A stretch of 64,000 nucleotides of DNA from Octopus sinensis (taxonomy: Eukaryota). Under the pieces are notes generated by a model. It searched no databases. It was not told the origin of the DNA and worked only from the letters and a program-made list of their open reading frames with translations. Positions 50,936-64,000 of this stretch are shown here, one piece after another; position 1 is the stretch's first letter; the number at the start of each line of letters is the position of its first letter. A program made the translations under genes and the position numbers. The stretch spans positions 61,814,001 through 61,878,000 of the forward strand of contig NC_043003.1 in NCBI RefSeq assembly GCF_006345805.1, read 5' to 3'.

Positions 50936-51723
50936 ACAACTATTGTACATTTATAATACTTAGTGCTTCTCTTATCATACGACTACTTCACCAAAGTACA
51001 ATGAAATTAGTTCTTTGCTGAACAAGTCTAATAATAAATCCTAAAACATTTCCAGAGGTGTTTCTCATATTTGCCAAAATGATTAAAATAATATTAACAT
51101 TCTTTTGTTTCTTTTCTTTACTTTGTTCCATAAGTGTTTCTAATAAGATTTTTTGATGCTAACTACATTGAATATGTTAACACAAATTTGACTAATAATC
51201 TCAACAAGTTACTTTCCTCTTAGCCTGAGAATTCACAGCTTTCTCTCTTTCCACGAACTGACAGCAAGAAAGTGGTAAAAAAAAGCTTTTCTTGGCTCCT
51301 ATATTCTGTGGTTTTTTGGGTGATGAGAAAGCTAAGTATAAATGTCTCATTAGTGAAATATGTTTGAGTTATTTAAATAAAAAATACAAAGTTAGCATAA
51401 ATAATGTAGGTGCTGGTGTGGTTCTGTGATAAGAAGTTTGCTTCCCAACCTCATGGTTTTGGGTTCAGTCCCATTGCATGGTATCAGGAGTAAGTGTCTT
51501 CTGCTATCACTCCAGGTCAAGCAAATCTTTGTGAGTGGATCTGGGAGATGGAAACTAAAAGAAGCTCATCATATATGTATGTATTTATGCATGCCATTAT
51601 TCAGTTTTATTTCAAGATTTCTTGCCAATAGAGAAAGAGACACTTTCTAACCTAGATCCAATGCTCCATCATTAGAATCTCAACAACACCAACAGGATAT
51701 TATTGTATGCATGTATGTATGTA

Positions 51724-51765
<42 letters not shown>

Positions 51766-51789
51766 CATGCATATACTTAGATATCTAGA

Positions 51790-52900
51790 TATGCTCATGT
51801 ACACTTAAATTATGAACTTCTGGAAAGTTTTACAGATTTTTACAGTTCCAGTGATGGTTTGGGTCTGTACTTTCGAATTAGCTTCTTTCCTTTCTTGTTT
51901 TGAGAAGCCTAATTTCTCAAGATTGGTATTTAGGCAGTGTGTTACATATCCCAGGGCCCCAATAATTACAGATATAAACCTTAACTTGTAATCTGGATAG
52001 AGTGACTGCCGATTTCTCAATAGTCCAGCATAGGTATTCTCTTTTGTACTGATCTTTGGCTTTATCTTAACATCCGCTGGGCAACTGATTTCCTCAACTG
52101 TACACAGTTTCTCTTCTCTTTCTCAAATCATTATATCAGGTCTACTGTGTTTACATTTTATTAAGGTTTTCTCTGGTACATTTCACCAGTACTCCTTTTT
52201 ATTATGAGTAGCTTCGGCTTCCACCATACTGTGGGTTCTAATTCCTTTGTCCTCAAGGTTATCCTTTCAATGGATCTCATTATACAATGTCCTAGCTATA
52301 TCATGTCTCATCAGTAGATAATACCATGAGGACATTTTCGAACAGCTGCTAATGATGTGGATGATATCATCGGTGTTAACTCCACAAAGTCTGCATTTAT
52401 TGGCACATTTTACTGCTTTCCCTATATCTCTGTCCTGTTTGTGTATCAAGTACTTTGTTGATATTTCCTGTTCTTGGATTGAATATGCATACCCCACAAA
52501 ATAGGAGGTAGTAATCCAGTTGCTGGTCCATGATGGACTGCTTTGGTGATCAATGTTACTATCATCTCGGAGCTTTCTACTAACATATTCATGCATGGTC
52601 TTCTGCTCATATATGCTCATCCTTTCTCATCTGATGATATGTTGCAGTAGAGTTGTGCAACTTCTTTAGACATGTACTTAAGGTTATCAGATAAGAAATT
52701 CTGCTCAAGGAACTGCCTTCCAAGTCTTATGATGTTATCAGCCACATGTATGCAAATTTGATCAAGGGATGCATTTTGACATTTGGTGGTTAAAAGATGT
52801 TGCTGAAGGGATATGCTATGGCATTCAAAGGCAGTTTGGATTGATGTTAAGCCATCTTGCTTTCATTTTAGGTAGAGGTAGTCTATGTCACTGTTTATGT
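51790..52900 (-). mobile_element. RLE-type non-LTR retrotransposon C-terminus (R4/Hero/NeSL-like), decayed
   Basis: CRLCGVNTDDIIHIISSC...RHD (CCHC finger plus RHD), then RPDIMI and EISCP, and FISVIIGALG...LEKLG...GTVKICKTF*. Confidence 0.85.
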
Positions 52901-54065
52901 TGAAATTACGTGTGCTTGTTAGTATCTTCCGGGTTTTCACATCAATGGCTCAGATCTATATAGGTATGTATATGTGTATGTGCATGGGTGTGTATGTATG
53001 TGTGTCTGCTTGTGTGTGTGTTATTGTCTCTTTGCTTTGACATCATGTGATAATTGTAATGAGTGTCACTGTCATACAAGAATCTTCTTTCATTTCTTAT
53101 CTTCCTTGAAAATATGTCTGGTCATGAGAAAATATTACCATGATTGGGAACAGGGAAGGATCTGTGACAGGAGAGGTATATGGCCATAGAAAATTCACTT
53201 AAAAAAATTCCATCCAGCCCATGTGACATTAAAACAATGTCGATGATTACAATGACAATGACAATGAAGATTATGATGATGATGATGATGATGATGACCT
53301 ATTCATTTTCTGTCTTCACCTCCTTATTATTTGTACTGAATCTTTTATAACATGGAATCAGATTATTATCTTTTGTTGATGAAACAGTCTATGAGTCCCC
53401 CACAAAATTTGAAATCCAAAAAAGAAGTGATTACTCTCCCTGGCTATGTGTTTAAGAGGTTCAGTTCACAGAATGTCGTTCTGATTTCCACCCCAAAGTC
53501 CAGCTACTTGGGTAAGTGTCTTCCGTCATAGCTTCAGGTTGATAATGTCCTTTAAGTGGAATTTGGATATAAAAAACTCATCAGATAACTTTTTTGCTTT
53601 TTACTTGTTTCAGTCATTGGCCTATGGCCATGCTGGGGCACAGCTTTGAACGATTTAGTCATACAATTTGACCTTGGTATTTTGCTTTTTTTTATGTCTG
53701 GTACTTATTCTATTGGTCTCCTTTGCTGAACTACTAAGTTACAAGGGCTATAATCAAAAGAACACTGGTTTTCAAGTGTTGGGAGGTGAAGGACAAACAC
53801 AAACACACAAACACACATAATATAGGCTTCCACACTAAATTCACTCAGTACTAAATTGATTCACAAGGCATTGGTCAGCCTGGAGTTATAGTAGAAGACA
53901 TTTGTCCAAGGTGCCATGCAGTGGGATTGAACCTGAAACTATGCGGCTGCAAAATGAGCTACTTTACCACATAGCATTGACAATGGAAAAATAGAAAATT
54001 TCTAATAGTGAGCAAAGAAAAAAAGAAGAAATTCTTGAAAATTTATGCAGATAAGCCACTCCAAG

Positions 54066-54465
54066 GCGTAGGAGTGGCTGTGTGGTAAGTAGCTTGCTTA
54101 TGAACCACATGGTTCCGGGTTCAGTCCCACTGCGTGGCACCTTGGGCAAGTGTCTTCTACTATAGCCTTGGGCCGACCAAAGACTTGTGAGTGGATTTGG
54201 TAGACGGAAACTGAAAGAAGCCCATCGTATATATATATATATATATTATATATATATATATGTATGCGTGTGTGTGTGTGTATATGTATGTGTGTGTGTA
54301 TATGTTTGTGTGTCTGTGTTTGTCCCCCCACCATCGCTTGGCAACCGATGCTGTTCGGCAAAAGAAACCAATAGAATAAGTACTAGGCTTACAAAGAATA
54401 AGTCCTGTGGTGCTCCAGCATGGCCACAGTCAAATGACTGAAACAAGTAAAAGAGTAATAGAGAG
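54066..54465 (+). mobile_element. Well-preserved tRNA-derived SINE with internal (TA)/(TG) tract
   Basis: A box gagtggctgtgtggtaag, B box ggttcagtccc, body, microsatellite linker and 3' segment. Confidence 0.88.
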
Positions 54466-54609
54466 TAAAGAGAGTATAAATATTAGAGTTTCAATTGATT
54501 AAAATTATTTACCATCCACCTCTCAAGTATGGTACCCTTCATTTACATATGTGTGTATGTGCCTATCAATTCTGTTCTATATTTCAGAGATGAGGAATTC
54601 TATACATTA

Positions 54610-54955
54610 TTTGCATTATTTACATTGGATGGATATGTGTCCTCATCTTGTTTGTTGTTACAACAACATTACATGGTTAAGAGTGTGGGCTACTAACCCC
54701 AAGATTCTGAGTTCAATTCCAGGCAGTGCCTTGAATAAATAACAGCAGCAGCAGCAACAACAACAACAACAACAACAGCAACAGCAGCAGCAGCAGCAGA
54801 TGATGACATCAGCAAAGAAATACCTCAGGGTTGGGTTCAAAATTCTACCAGGAGGTAGAATTCTACCAAGAAGGCCGGAGAGTAAATCAGCTGAAATGTT
54901 GTGGTAACAACAAACAAGATGAGGACACATATACGTCCAATGTAAATAATGTAAA
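54610..54955. repeat. ~60-bp inverted repeat enclosing a tRNA-like head and a (CAG/CAA)n tract
   Basis: 54610-54670 pairs with 54895-54955. Confidence 0.85.
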
Positions 54956-56024
54956 CAGTGTGTCTATCAATGTTGTTTCATAATAATTGATTTAATGTCT
55001 GCTTTTCCATGCTTGCATGGGTCAGACAAAACTCCCAGAGGCAGATTTTTTACAACTGGATATTCTTCCTGTTATGAACAATATTTTCTCCAAGTTTGGA
55101 CATCTTTATCATGAAAGATTACAAACAAACAGCATAGTTTGTATGATGGAAGACATTATTTATACTCAGTGTGTAATATCAAAATAAAGAGGTACACACA
55201 GACACACACACACAAATGACAGGCTTTTCAATTTCCATCAGCCAAGTTTACTCACAATGCTTTGGTTGACCCAATGTGCCATACAACAGGACTGTAACTG
55301 AAACCATGTGGTCACTAAGTGAATTTCTTAACCATACAGCCATACCTGTAGCTGAGTGCATGTGTACAAGCATACATACATTTATATATATTTATACATA
55401 CACACATGCATATTATGTTTGTGTGTGTGTGTGTGAGAGAGAGAGAAGAGAGATAGAGTGTGTGTGTGAGGACATTTATATGCATGTGAAGAGTTTATAT
55501 CTCTTAGCAATCTATATCAGCTAAAGATGTAAACATCATTTCAAATAAACTCCCTTGTGATATTTGTTCCACCCAATGTGCACAGACAGACAAACCATTA
55601 TCATTCTCACCATGGTTGATGCAGTGATCCGGTGATCGGTCTATTGGAAACCTGTGATAAACGACACTATTGTTCATGAGATATGATATAAAACAAATAA
55701 ATATATGAGTATATATGTGTACATGTGTGTGTATGTGTGTATGTATGTACGCGCGTGTGTGTGTGTGTATGTATGGCTACAAAATTACCAATGACAAAAG
55801 ATGACATGAAACAGATCAAAGAAATAAGTGTGGATGGAACCATAGCCAAAACTGTATCATTAGTAATAGGAATCTTCAGTATCTGATACCTCAAAGAAAT
55901 TGATTATGTTCAATATATTAGAAAACAGAGAGGAAATAAATATTTTCTAGTTGGTACATAAAAAAGTATAGATATTCAATGAATATGCTTACAGTAAATC
56001 CATACTTCTCGATAGCATCTTTAT

Positions 56025-56360
56025 CTGTTTCATCACCTTGATCGTCACCATCATCATCACCATCATCATCACCATCATTATCATCACCCTCATTGCAACT
56101 ATTGTTGTTGTTGTCGTTGTCATCATCATCATCACCATTTTCATCATAATCGCTGTTGTCATTGTTCTTATCACTGTCATCATCATCATTGTCTCATCAT
56201 CATCATCTTCATCATCATCATTTAATGTCCATGTTCCCTGCTGACATAGGTTGGACAGTTTGACAGGTCCTCATGAGCCAGAGAATTGCTTCATACTCAT
56301 ACTCGATTCTCTCCTTTGGTAAGGTTTCTATGGCTGGACATTCTTCCTAATGCCATCTTC
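56025..56360 (-). mobile_element. (ATC)/(GTT) repeat tract plus degenerate RTE-related tail
   Basis: (cat)n ttaatgtcc...ggttggacagtt...ggctggacattcttcctaatgcca. Confidence 0.65.
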
Positions 56361-56895
56361 TGCTAATATTTTTGTTGGTTTTGTTGATTAACCCACAGGT
56401 CAACACTGCCTGGGCAGATTTAGAGATCAATAGTGTTCAAATCATGATCATATCATCCCCTCTTTGAGCTTTCTATCTAAGATAACACCAAAGTGTCCCT
56501 CCTTTATATAGATGGTATAATGTAATTTGAGGGAGATTTGGTTGCTATTTCTTGCATGCTGTGTGTAATCAATGAAGTTGACTACATACCATTTCAGTGG
56601 AAAATTGGTAGAGCTGTAAGAACATCAGATAGAATGCCTTGCAGTTGTTTCAACTTTTTATGTTCTGAGTTTAAGTCTGTCTGAGGTCAACTTCACTTTC
56701 GTTGTATTAGAATTGTCAAATAAAGTACCAGTTTAGAACAGGCAATTGGCACAATTGTAGTGTTAAATAGCATGCCTTGAGGTATCTGTTCTCCACCTCT
56801 GGCTCCTTGTGTTCTGTATTGCAAATACTACTTAAGCACCAACAGTCAGGGCTAATAACCAGATTACGTGAACACCTCACCCAACCTGCAATTGT

Positions 56896-57102
56896 CTGTC
56901 CAGACTTATTTCTTTACTGCCCACAAGTGGCTACACACAGGGGAGACAAACGGATTAAGACGATTATATTGACCCCAGTGTGTAACTGGTACTTATTTAA
57001 TTACGCACTGGGGTCAATATAATCAACTTAATCCATTTGTCTGTCCTTGTTTGTCCCCTCTGTGTGTAGCCACTTGTGGGCAGTAAAGAAATGTCTGGAC
57101 AG
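56896..57102. repeat. Inverted pair of SINE 3' segments forming a hairpin
   Basis: 56896-56980 pairs with 57006-57102. One arm has a ~12-bp indel, and the loop is 25 nt. Confidence 0.88.
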
Positions 57103-58025
57103 ATAGAGCTACAACCAGCATAAATAAGCTGGCAACAGTAAGTTGAGTCATCATTGTCATCATCAGTAGCTGTGGCTTCATCATCATCATCATCAATGTT
57201 GTCGTCGTCATTGTTGCCATCATCATCATAATCATCATCCTCAACATTGTTGTCATCGTCGTTGTCGTTGTCATCATCATCACATCATCATCATCATCAC
57301 CACCACCACCACCACCATCATTGTTGTCCTCATCGTCCTCCTCCTCCTCCTCATTATTATAGAACCTCCATTTTTTCCATGCTTGCATGGGTCTGACAGA
57401 ACTTGAGGCAGATTTTGAACATGATCTTCAGAAATTGCTAGTAGCATGCTATCACTACTTGAAACAAACTGTTATACTTACTTCTTTTCTTGCTACCTTT
57501 ATTCCCTCTTTCACTCTAAATCCTATTCCAAACATGCCAGCTTCAAATTCTTCATGTTGAAGCCTACCACTTACCAAGCTCTTTCCTTCTTTATGTAATT
57601 GAACAATATATTATACTCACACTTTTCAAGCTTGATATATTAATCATACAAATCCCACCACAAACCCCATTTCTTATCTGAGAGCTCTCATCTGCCATAA
57701 ACAGTGCCCTATCTCATTAGAGATCTGAAAAGGAAGAAAAGACTCAGAGAACACATATTAACATGAAATAATAATAAACAAAAATATGGTAATAAAATGT
57801 TAAGTGCCTTTCCCAAAACAGAGTAGAGAAACACTGAAAATAAAGATACCAGTGTGGTTTAAGATATGGCAACTTCTTAATATTCTGTTGATACTCTTTC
57901 TTTCAAACCAATTATATTTTTTGTACTTTACATAGGTAACTCTAAGACTGCACTCATCTATTGTTATGTCTCACCTCAAAGTTTGTCTTATATCCAATAA
58001 GGGAAATGGGTTTCAGGAACTAAGG

Positions 58026-58440
58026 TATGTAGGAGTGGCTGAGTGGTAAGTAGCTTGCTTACGAACCACATGGTTCTGGGTTCAGTCCCACTGCATGGCA
58101 CCTTGGGTAAGTGCCTTCTACTATAGTCTTGGGCCAACCAAAGCCTTATAAGTGGATTTGGTAGACGGAAACTGAAAGAAGCCTATCATATATATTTACA
58201 TATATATATATGTGTGTGTGTGTGTGTTTGTGTGTCTGTGTTTGTCCCCCCTCCCCAACATCGCTTGACAACCGTTGCTGGTGTGTTTATGTCCCCGTAA
58301 CTTAGCGGTTTGGCAAAACAGACTGATAGAATAAGTACTAGGCTTACAAAGAATAAGTCCTAGAGTCAATTTGCTTGACTAAAAGCGGTGCTCCAGCATG
58401 GCCACAGTCAAATGACTGAAACAAGTAAAAGAGTAAAGAG
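58026..58440 (+). mobile_element. Well-preserved tRNA-derived SINE
   Basis: Same family as 54066-54465. Confidence 0.88.
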
Positions 58441-59149
58441 TAAAAAAATTTTTGTGAGGTTGAAGTTGGGAAGGACAGAGAGGTTAGATGCTGTAAACCT
58501 TCCTTCACCCACCACATTCTATGAACTGAAAAATAAGAAAATACTGTCACCTTCATCCTTCACTTCTCTTCTATCATCATGTACATTTCACAAGGTATCT
58601 ATAAAACTATTTACAATATTTATTCATGTAAAGCTGGCGATCTGGTAGAATTGTTAGCACGCCAAGTGAAATGCTGCTAAGCATTTCACATATCTTCACA
58701 TATTGAGTTCAAATCCTGCCAGGACTGACTTTACCTTTCATTCTTTCAGGGTCAATAAATTAAGTACCAGTTGGGTACTGGGGTCAATGTATTCGACTTA
58801 CCACTTCTCTGAAACTGTTGGTCATGTGCCAAATTTTGAAACCAATATTTACTCATATATAAGTCACACCACTAATTTAGTGTTAAATCTTGGTACAAAA
58901 TTTTTACCCTTCATAGTGTTAGCTATGACCAGTGTATAAGTTGTACCATAGGCTCAAAAACAGGGGGTCAGAGGGGTGTGCTTGTGTTTGTACCCACTAA
59001 AATTATTGTGGAGCAATGAAAATGCTTTGAACATTCTCCTGGAAAACTTCATCACCAAAATGAACATAGAAGCACTTTTGGACTGATTTGAAACATTACT
59101 TTTCCATTATTGGATTTATCTAATTTGACTGATAAACTAATATTACCGT

Positions 59150-59442
59150 GACTGACCAGGCTATCAGATGTTGTTACACATCTGGTCACAATGCACTTCG
59201 CATTGTTTTAGCCTTCAAATGATGCCACCCCACTGGCTAAGCGAGCAGGCCAACAGAAGAAAAAGTGAGAGAAAGTTGTAGTGAAAGAGTACAGCAGGGA
59301 TCAGCACCACCCCCTGCCGGAGATTTGTGGAGCTTTTAAGTGTTTTCGCTCAATAAACACTCACAACACCCGGTCTGGGAATCGAAACCATGATCCTACA
59401 ACCACGAGTCTGCTGCCCTAACCACTGGGCCATTGCACCTCC
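59150..59442 (-). mobile_element. tRNA-derived SINE (near complete)
   Basis: Reverse complement of ggaggtgcaatggcccagtggttagggcag...ggtttcgattccc. The 3' part is shared with 49830-49960. Confidence 0.78.
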
Positions 59443-59991
59443 ACATTGATAAACTAATATAATAACAATAATCGTTATTATATCTGTGTTTTAATATCAA
59501 GATTGAAAATTGTCGACCTCGTTTGTAAAAAGTTTTGAACCTAGACTTGCACCCCTAAGCAAGTTTCATTCTCACACTTATGAGTCGTGCTCCAGTTATT
59601 TTAGTTAAAATCTAGTATAAAATAGTGTGAATTATACACTAATAAATACAGTAGTTAAGTAAGATCAAAAATGTTCCCACGTCATTTATTTTATTTCAGC
59701 TCCTAGTACAACAGCAATTAATGCCTTTAGTTTATAATTCCTTTAAAAATCAGAGGTGATAAGGTTGAGGATTTGTGGTAATTAATTTGATGTCATATAC
59801 TTCTAACTGTGCATCATATGAAGACCACTATTTCTAGTCCCCAATGTCATTAAAGTAAGTGCCTGTAATATATGGTAATGTATGTAAATGTATGTATGGT
59901 AATTTAATATATGGTGATGTATGATAAATTTAATTTACCATACAACCTTGTCTTACACAGGCTAAAATTTGTTTGTATATCTATATCTATA

Positions 59992-60034
<43 letters not shown>

Positions 60035-61689
60035 GTGTATATATATATGTGTGTGTGTGTGTGTATGTATATATGTATATATATCATATCATATGTAATA
60101 ATTAAAGGAAATATTGTCATCTGGCTAATAAGGAAAATTTAAATTATGAGAGATTTCTGATTTAATACTGATTTTTGACATTGGTACAAGGCCACGCCTG
60201 CAAGGGGAACTTGAGATGTAACTGATACTGATTTAATATTTGCTTGTCAACAGCAAACAGACCGAATCATCAGCATGTCAGAAGAAATGCATGATGCTAA
60301 ATGGAATGTCTTTTTTGTCGCTTCAAATTCTGAGTTAAAATTTTGCCCAGGTCAACTATGCCTCTTATCTTTTCAGGATCAATAAAACAAGTACAAGTTG
60401 AGTACTGGGGTTGTTGTAATCATCTATCTCAACCCCAAATTTTAGTCCTTGTGCTTATAGTAAGAAGAACATTCACTTGCTTTAAAGAATGGAGACTTTT
60501 TCACTTACTTAAACAAACTTTCAAAGAAGACTCTTAGAATAACTATATCATTTTATTTTAAAATTTTAGGTGGGTGTAAGGATGAATAACTATTTCATGT
60601 TAGGAAATTCCAAACTAAGAGTCTGTTTTTAGTACACACCTACACTGAAGACTGTTGTAGCCAGTCAGTCATCCTACACATAAATTGCTGACTTCTTGAA
60701 ATTATCTACAAGGAAAAAAGATAAAAAACAAATGCAAAAGATACTCCAGTTCTGACCTAGATCTGTCAAATGTAAATTTAAGACCATAACAAAAAAATAT
60801 ATCTTAGAGGTTTCTCTACTTTTAGTTATTTATTTTTTATTTTTCTCTCTTGGTTATGTTTTTAATGATTTTCATTTTCTTTAACTCATTTAGTTATGTC
60901 AAGTAAATACTTGGTAGACAGCTGGCACAGCACTTTCACAATTCTTTCAACACTTCTACAATTCTTTGAAACACATTTAATAAGACAGTAAAATAAAACC
61001 ATTTTTTAATAATCAAATTCATTCTCATGCAAGCTTAACCTTCAAGAATATATTGTATTACATACTCATTATTTACATGTAACTTGGAAAATTTCCTGAC
61101 AGTTTATCTGAAGAGAATAAGTAACTTGGGACTGAAAGAAAACTAATGATAACAAATTTATCTATATATTCCACTATGAAGAAACCTCAAGGAATCTTCA
61201 AATAAAGAAGTTTGTCATCATTATCTTTTAAGATATCATTAACTATAATTCTTGCATTTATTTAGAAACAGGGGAGAAAAGACTTCCAAAAATGTCAAAG
61301 CTTATTATGAGGCAAAGTCATTATTTAATGTATAGATATGAAACAAAGTTTAAAGGAGAATAAATATTAATGATATCCCTAATATAAAGTGACGAGGCAA
61401 TTGAATTAGTTCAGCCAAGTCCAAATTCTATTCTAAGTTGTCAAACATTGCTAGTGAATCCCCAAAAACTAAGATTGGGTACACCTTGACAATACTTACT
61501 GGGCCAGAATTAGAAATTCATGCATGTCATCTGCTATAGCCTCAGATTGTACAATGCTATATATATATATATATATATATAAATATATAATCATAATTGT
61601 TTAACATCGGCCTTCCATGCTGACATGGGGTGAACAGTTTGCCAGGAGCTGGCCAAGTATGGACATGTAATAAACATATATATATATAT

Positions 61690-62110
61690 ATATCATCATC
61701 GTTTAACGTCCGTTTTCCATGCTAGCATGGGTTGGACGTTTCAACTGGGGTCTGGGAAGCCAGAAGGCTGTGCCAGGCCCAGTCTGATTTGGCAGTGTTT
61801 CTACAGCTGGATGCCCTTCCTAACACCAACCACTCCGTGAGTGTAGTGGGTGCTTTTTACATGCCACCTGCACAGGTGCCAGACGAGGCTGGCAAACAGC
61901 CACGATTGGATGGTGCTTTTTACGTGCCACCGGCACAGAGGCCAGTCGGGGCGGTGCTGGCAACGGCCACGTTCGGATGGTTCTCTTATGTGCCACCGGC
62001 ACTGGTATTACAGCTACAATTTCCATTGATGTTGATCGATTTCGATTTTGATTTTCACTTGCCTCAACAGGTCTTCACAAGTAGGGTTTGAGTCACAAAA
62101 AGGAAAGGTA
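61690..62110 (-). mobile_element. RTE-related 3' end
   Basis: (atc)n gtttaacgtccg...gatgcccttcctaac... plus the same 3' UTR modules as the 46.6-49 kb element. Confidence 0.9.
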
Positions 62111-62120
62111 TGCATAAGTA

Positions 62121-62976
62121 CGAGGTCTGATCATTAAGTTGTCCGAACTGTTGCCATAATAATGAAGCTAAAGCATTCAAAGTGAAGCCACTTGACAAAG
62201 ACTGACCTTGAATTCTGCTGTGTATGTGCACTAAGTTTTAACATTCTACCTCACTTCCAATGTTTACAACAGTGCTTGGAAGGAAGGTGTGTAATGTGTG
62301 ATCATCGCATTGACCATGACAGAGAAAGTTGTCATGGTGATACCTGCTCAGAGGCCTATGCAAAGTTGCAGAAAGTGTATAGTGAGGGATGTATGAGCCA
62401 CAAACAAGTGTATGAGGGGTTTACACATTTCCAAGATGGCCAAAAAAATGTCGATATTAACAACCGTTCTGGGTGACCTGCAACCAGCAGAACTCAGAAA
62501 AACATCAGAGATGTGCATGCAGCAGTGAGGGGAAATCGAATCCCCATCCCTTAGTTATCAGAGGATGTGCTGATTAGTTACAGTTCAGTTCAGTCCATTA
62601 TCAATGACAATTTGCATATGTGACGCACATATACCAAGTTTGTGTCAAAATTGTTTTCAGCTGACCAAAACAGCACTTGGGTTTCAGTCGCACAAGATCT
62701 CCTTGATTGTGTTGAGAACGATGAAAACTTCTCCAAAACTTTGCATAGGCCTCTGATGCAGATTCTCTGCTCGAACTTCTTTTGTCATAGTCAATGCGAT
62801 GTTTACACATTATACACCTTCCTTCCAAGCACTGTTGTAAACAGCAGAAGTGAGCTAGAATGTTAAACTTAGTGCACATGCTCAAAAGAGTTTAAAGTCA
62901 ATCTGTGCCAAGTGGCTTTACTCAGCATGTTTTAGCATCATTTTACTATGGCAATAGTCCGGGTACTTATTGATCA
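62121..62976. mobile_element. Mariner derivative with two inverted 5' ends
   Basis: Left: TA|cgaggtctgatca..., with the HTH remnant GDTCSEAYAKLQKVYSEG...FVSKLFSADQ to 62736. Right: inverted copy (62737-62976) of the first ~250 bp. Confidence 0.85.
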
Positions 62977-62992
62977 TATATATATATATATT

Positions 62993-62994
<2 letters not shown>

Positions 62995-63067
<73 letters not shown>
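62995..63067. repeat. (GA)n microsatellite
   Basis: Direct reading. Confidence 0.97.
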
Positions 63068-63069
<2 letters not shown>

Positions 63070-64000
63070 AGAAAGGAAGGTAGGAGACAGGTTTATTTAG
63101 CCAGAGGGGAAGCAGATAAGAAAAAATTTGCCAATGTTCTGTGCCGTGAGGATCAAAGACTTGAGGTATTTCGTGTTGCAAGACAGTGTGTGAGAGAGAA
63201 TTGTGATGTATGAAAGAAATGTGTCCGCATGGATGATGGTTCTCTTGCACTAAACGAAGTTGCAAAGAGAGAGGTTTGGAGACGCCACTATAAAAGGTTG
63301 CTCTATAGAGAGAATGAATGGGAGAAAGAGAGTCTGCCGAATGTCAACCCAACAGAGGGACCAGCTATCTGAGTTGACAGTACCTTGGTGGATAAAGTAA
63401 TTAAGAGTGTGAAGACTGGGAAAGTCCCCAGCCTATCAGGAATCACTGCAGAGATGTTCAAAATATCTGGCAGTGTCGGCTATAGCGTACTCACCTGTAT
63501 AATTAACCAGGTGACACACGAAGGAGTAATACCCAATGACTGGTGTAGCAGCATAATAGCCAACTGCTACAAAGGTAAAGGTAATGTTTTATATACAAAT
63601 AATTACAGAGATATCAAGTTGTTGGATCAGGTAAAGAAGGTCATAGCCCAACTAATTAGGGAGAGAGTCAGTTTAGATGAGATGCAGTTTGGGTTCGTGC
63701 CAGTGAAAAGTACCACTGATGCTATATTTCTGGTAAGACAGCTGCAGAAGAAATACCAAGCCAAAGATAAACCTCTGTACCTGGATTTCGTTGTCATGGA
63801 GAAAGCCTTTGACAGGGTCCCCCAATCTCTTATCTGGTGGTCAATGAGGAAACTAGGGATAGATTAATGCTTAGTGAGAGCTGTGCAAGCCATGTTAAGG
63901 GATGCTATCAGTAAGGTGAGGGTTGGCAACGAGTACACTGAAGAATTCAGGGTAGAGGTAGGGGTCCACCAAGGTTCAGATCTCAGCTCCCTCCTATTTA
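63070..64000 (+). mobile_element. RTE LINE ORF2 (RT N-terminal half), decayed, running off the window end
   Basis: IPNDWCSSII..CYKGKG...NYRDIKLL...QFGFVPVKSTTDAIF..RQLQKKY...MEKAFDRVP...GVHQGSDLS. Confidence 0.95.

Noticed and set aside
50658-51021. Poly-His/Pro/Gly ORFs (also 56.0, 57.1 and 54.7 kb poly-Cys/Gln)
   Set aside because: They are trinucleotide microsatellites without splice or start context.
57975-58019. Minus-strand exon-like FLKPISLIGYKTNFE
   Set aside because: The acceptor overlaps a SINE head, and an equally good opposite-strand reading exists.

Overview
This is AT-rich eukaryotic DNA, almost certainly from an octopus or other coleoid cephalopod, judged from the tRNA-derived and CORE-type SINEs, the RTE-family 3' ends with (GAT)n tails and the very long (TA)n tracts. 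That taxonomic call is recall-based, not searched. The window is mostly intron-like sequence packed with decayed transposons. These include mariner, DD41D and hAT DNA elements; RTE, CR1, L2, Tx1/L1 and RLE-type LINEs; Penelope-like fragments with hammerhead-ribozyme motifs; and Helitron-like repeats. No complete protein-coding gene and no prokaryote-type system (CRISPR, operon) is present. A few short exons with good splice signals suggest an unidentified minus-strand host gene (about 9-23 kb) and a possible plus-strand exon at 50.5 kb. The most unusual features are a perfect 158-bp templated inverted duplication enclosing an unidentified ORF (16.2-16.7 kb), a 26-bp palindrome covering a splice donor (9.0 kb), one apparently intact hammerhead ribozyme (21.5 kb), nested tandem arrays in RTE 3' UTRs, a tRNA-Phe relic with a Cys anticodon inside a Tx1 cluster, and many fold-back structures. 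Most ORF-track entries are microsatellite or repeat translations. Element boundaries are read by eye and are approximate unless stated exactly.
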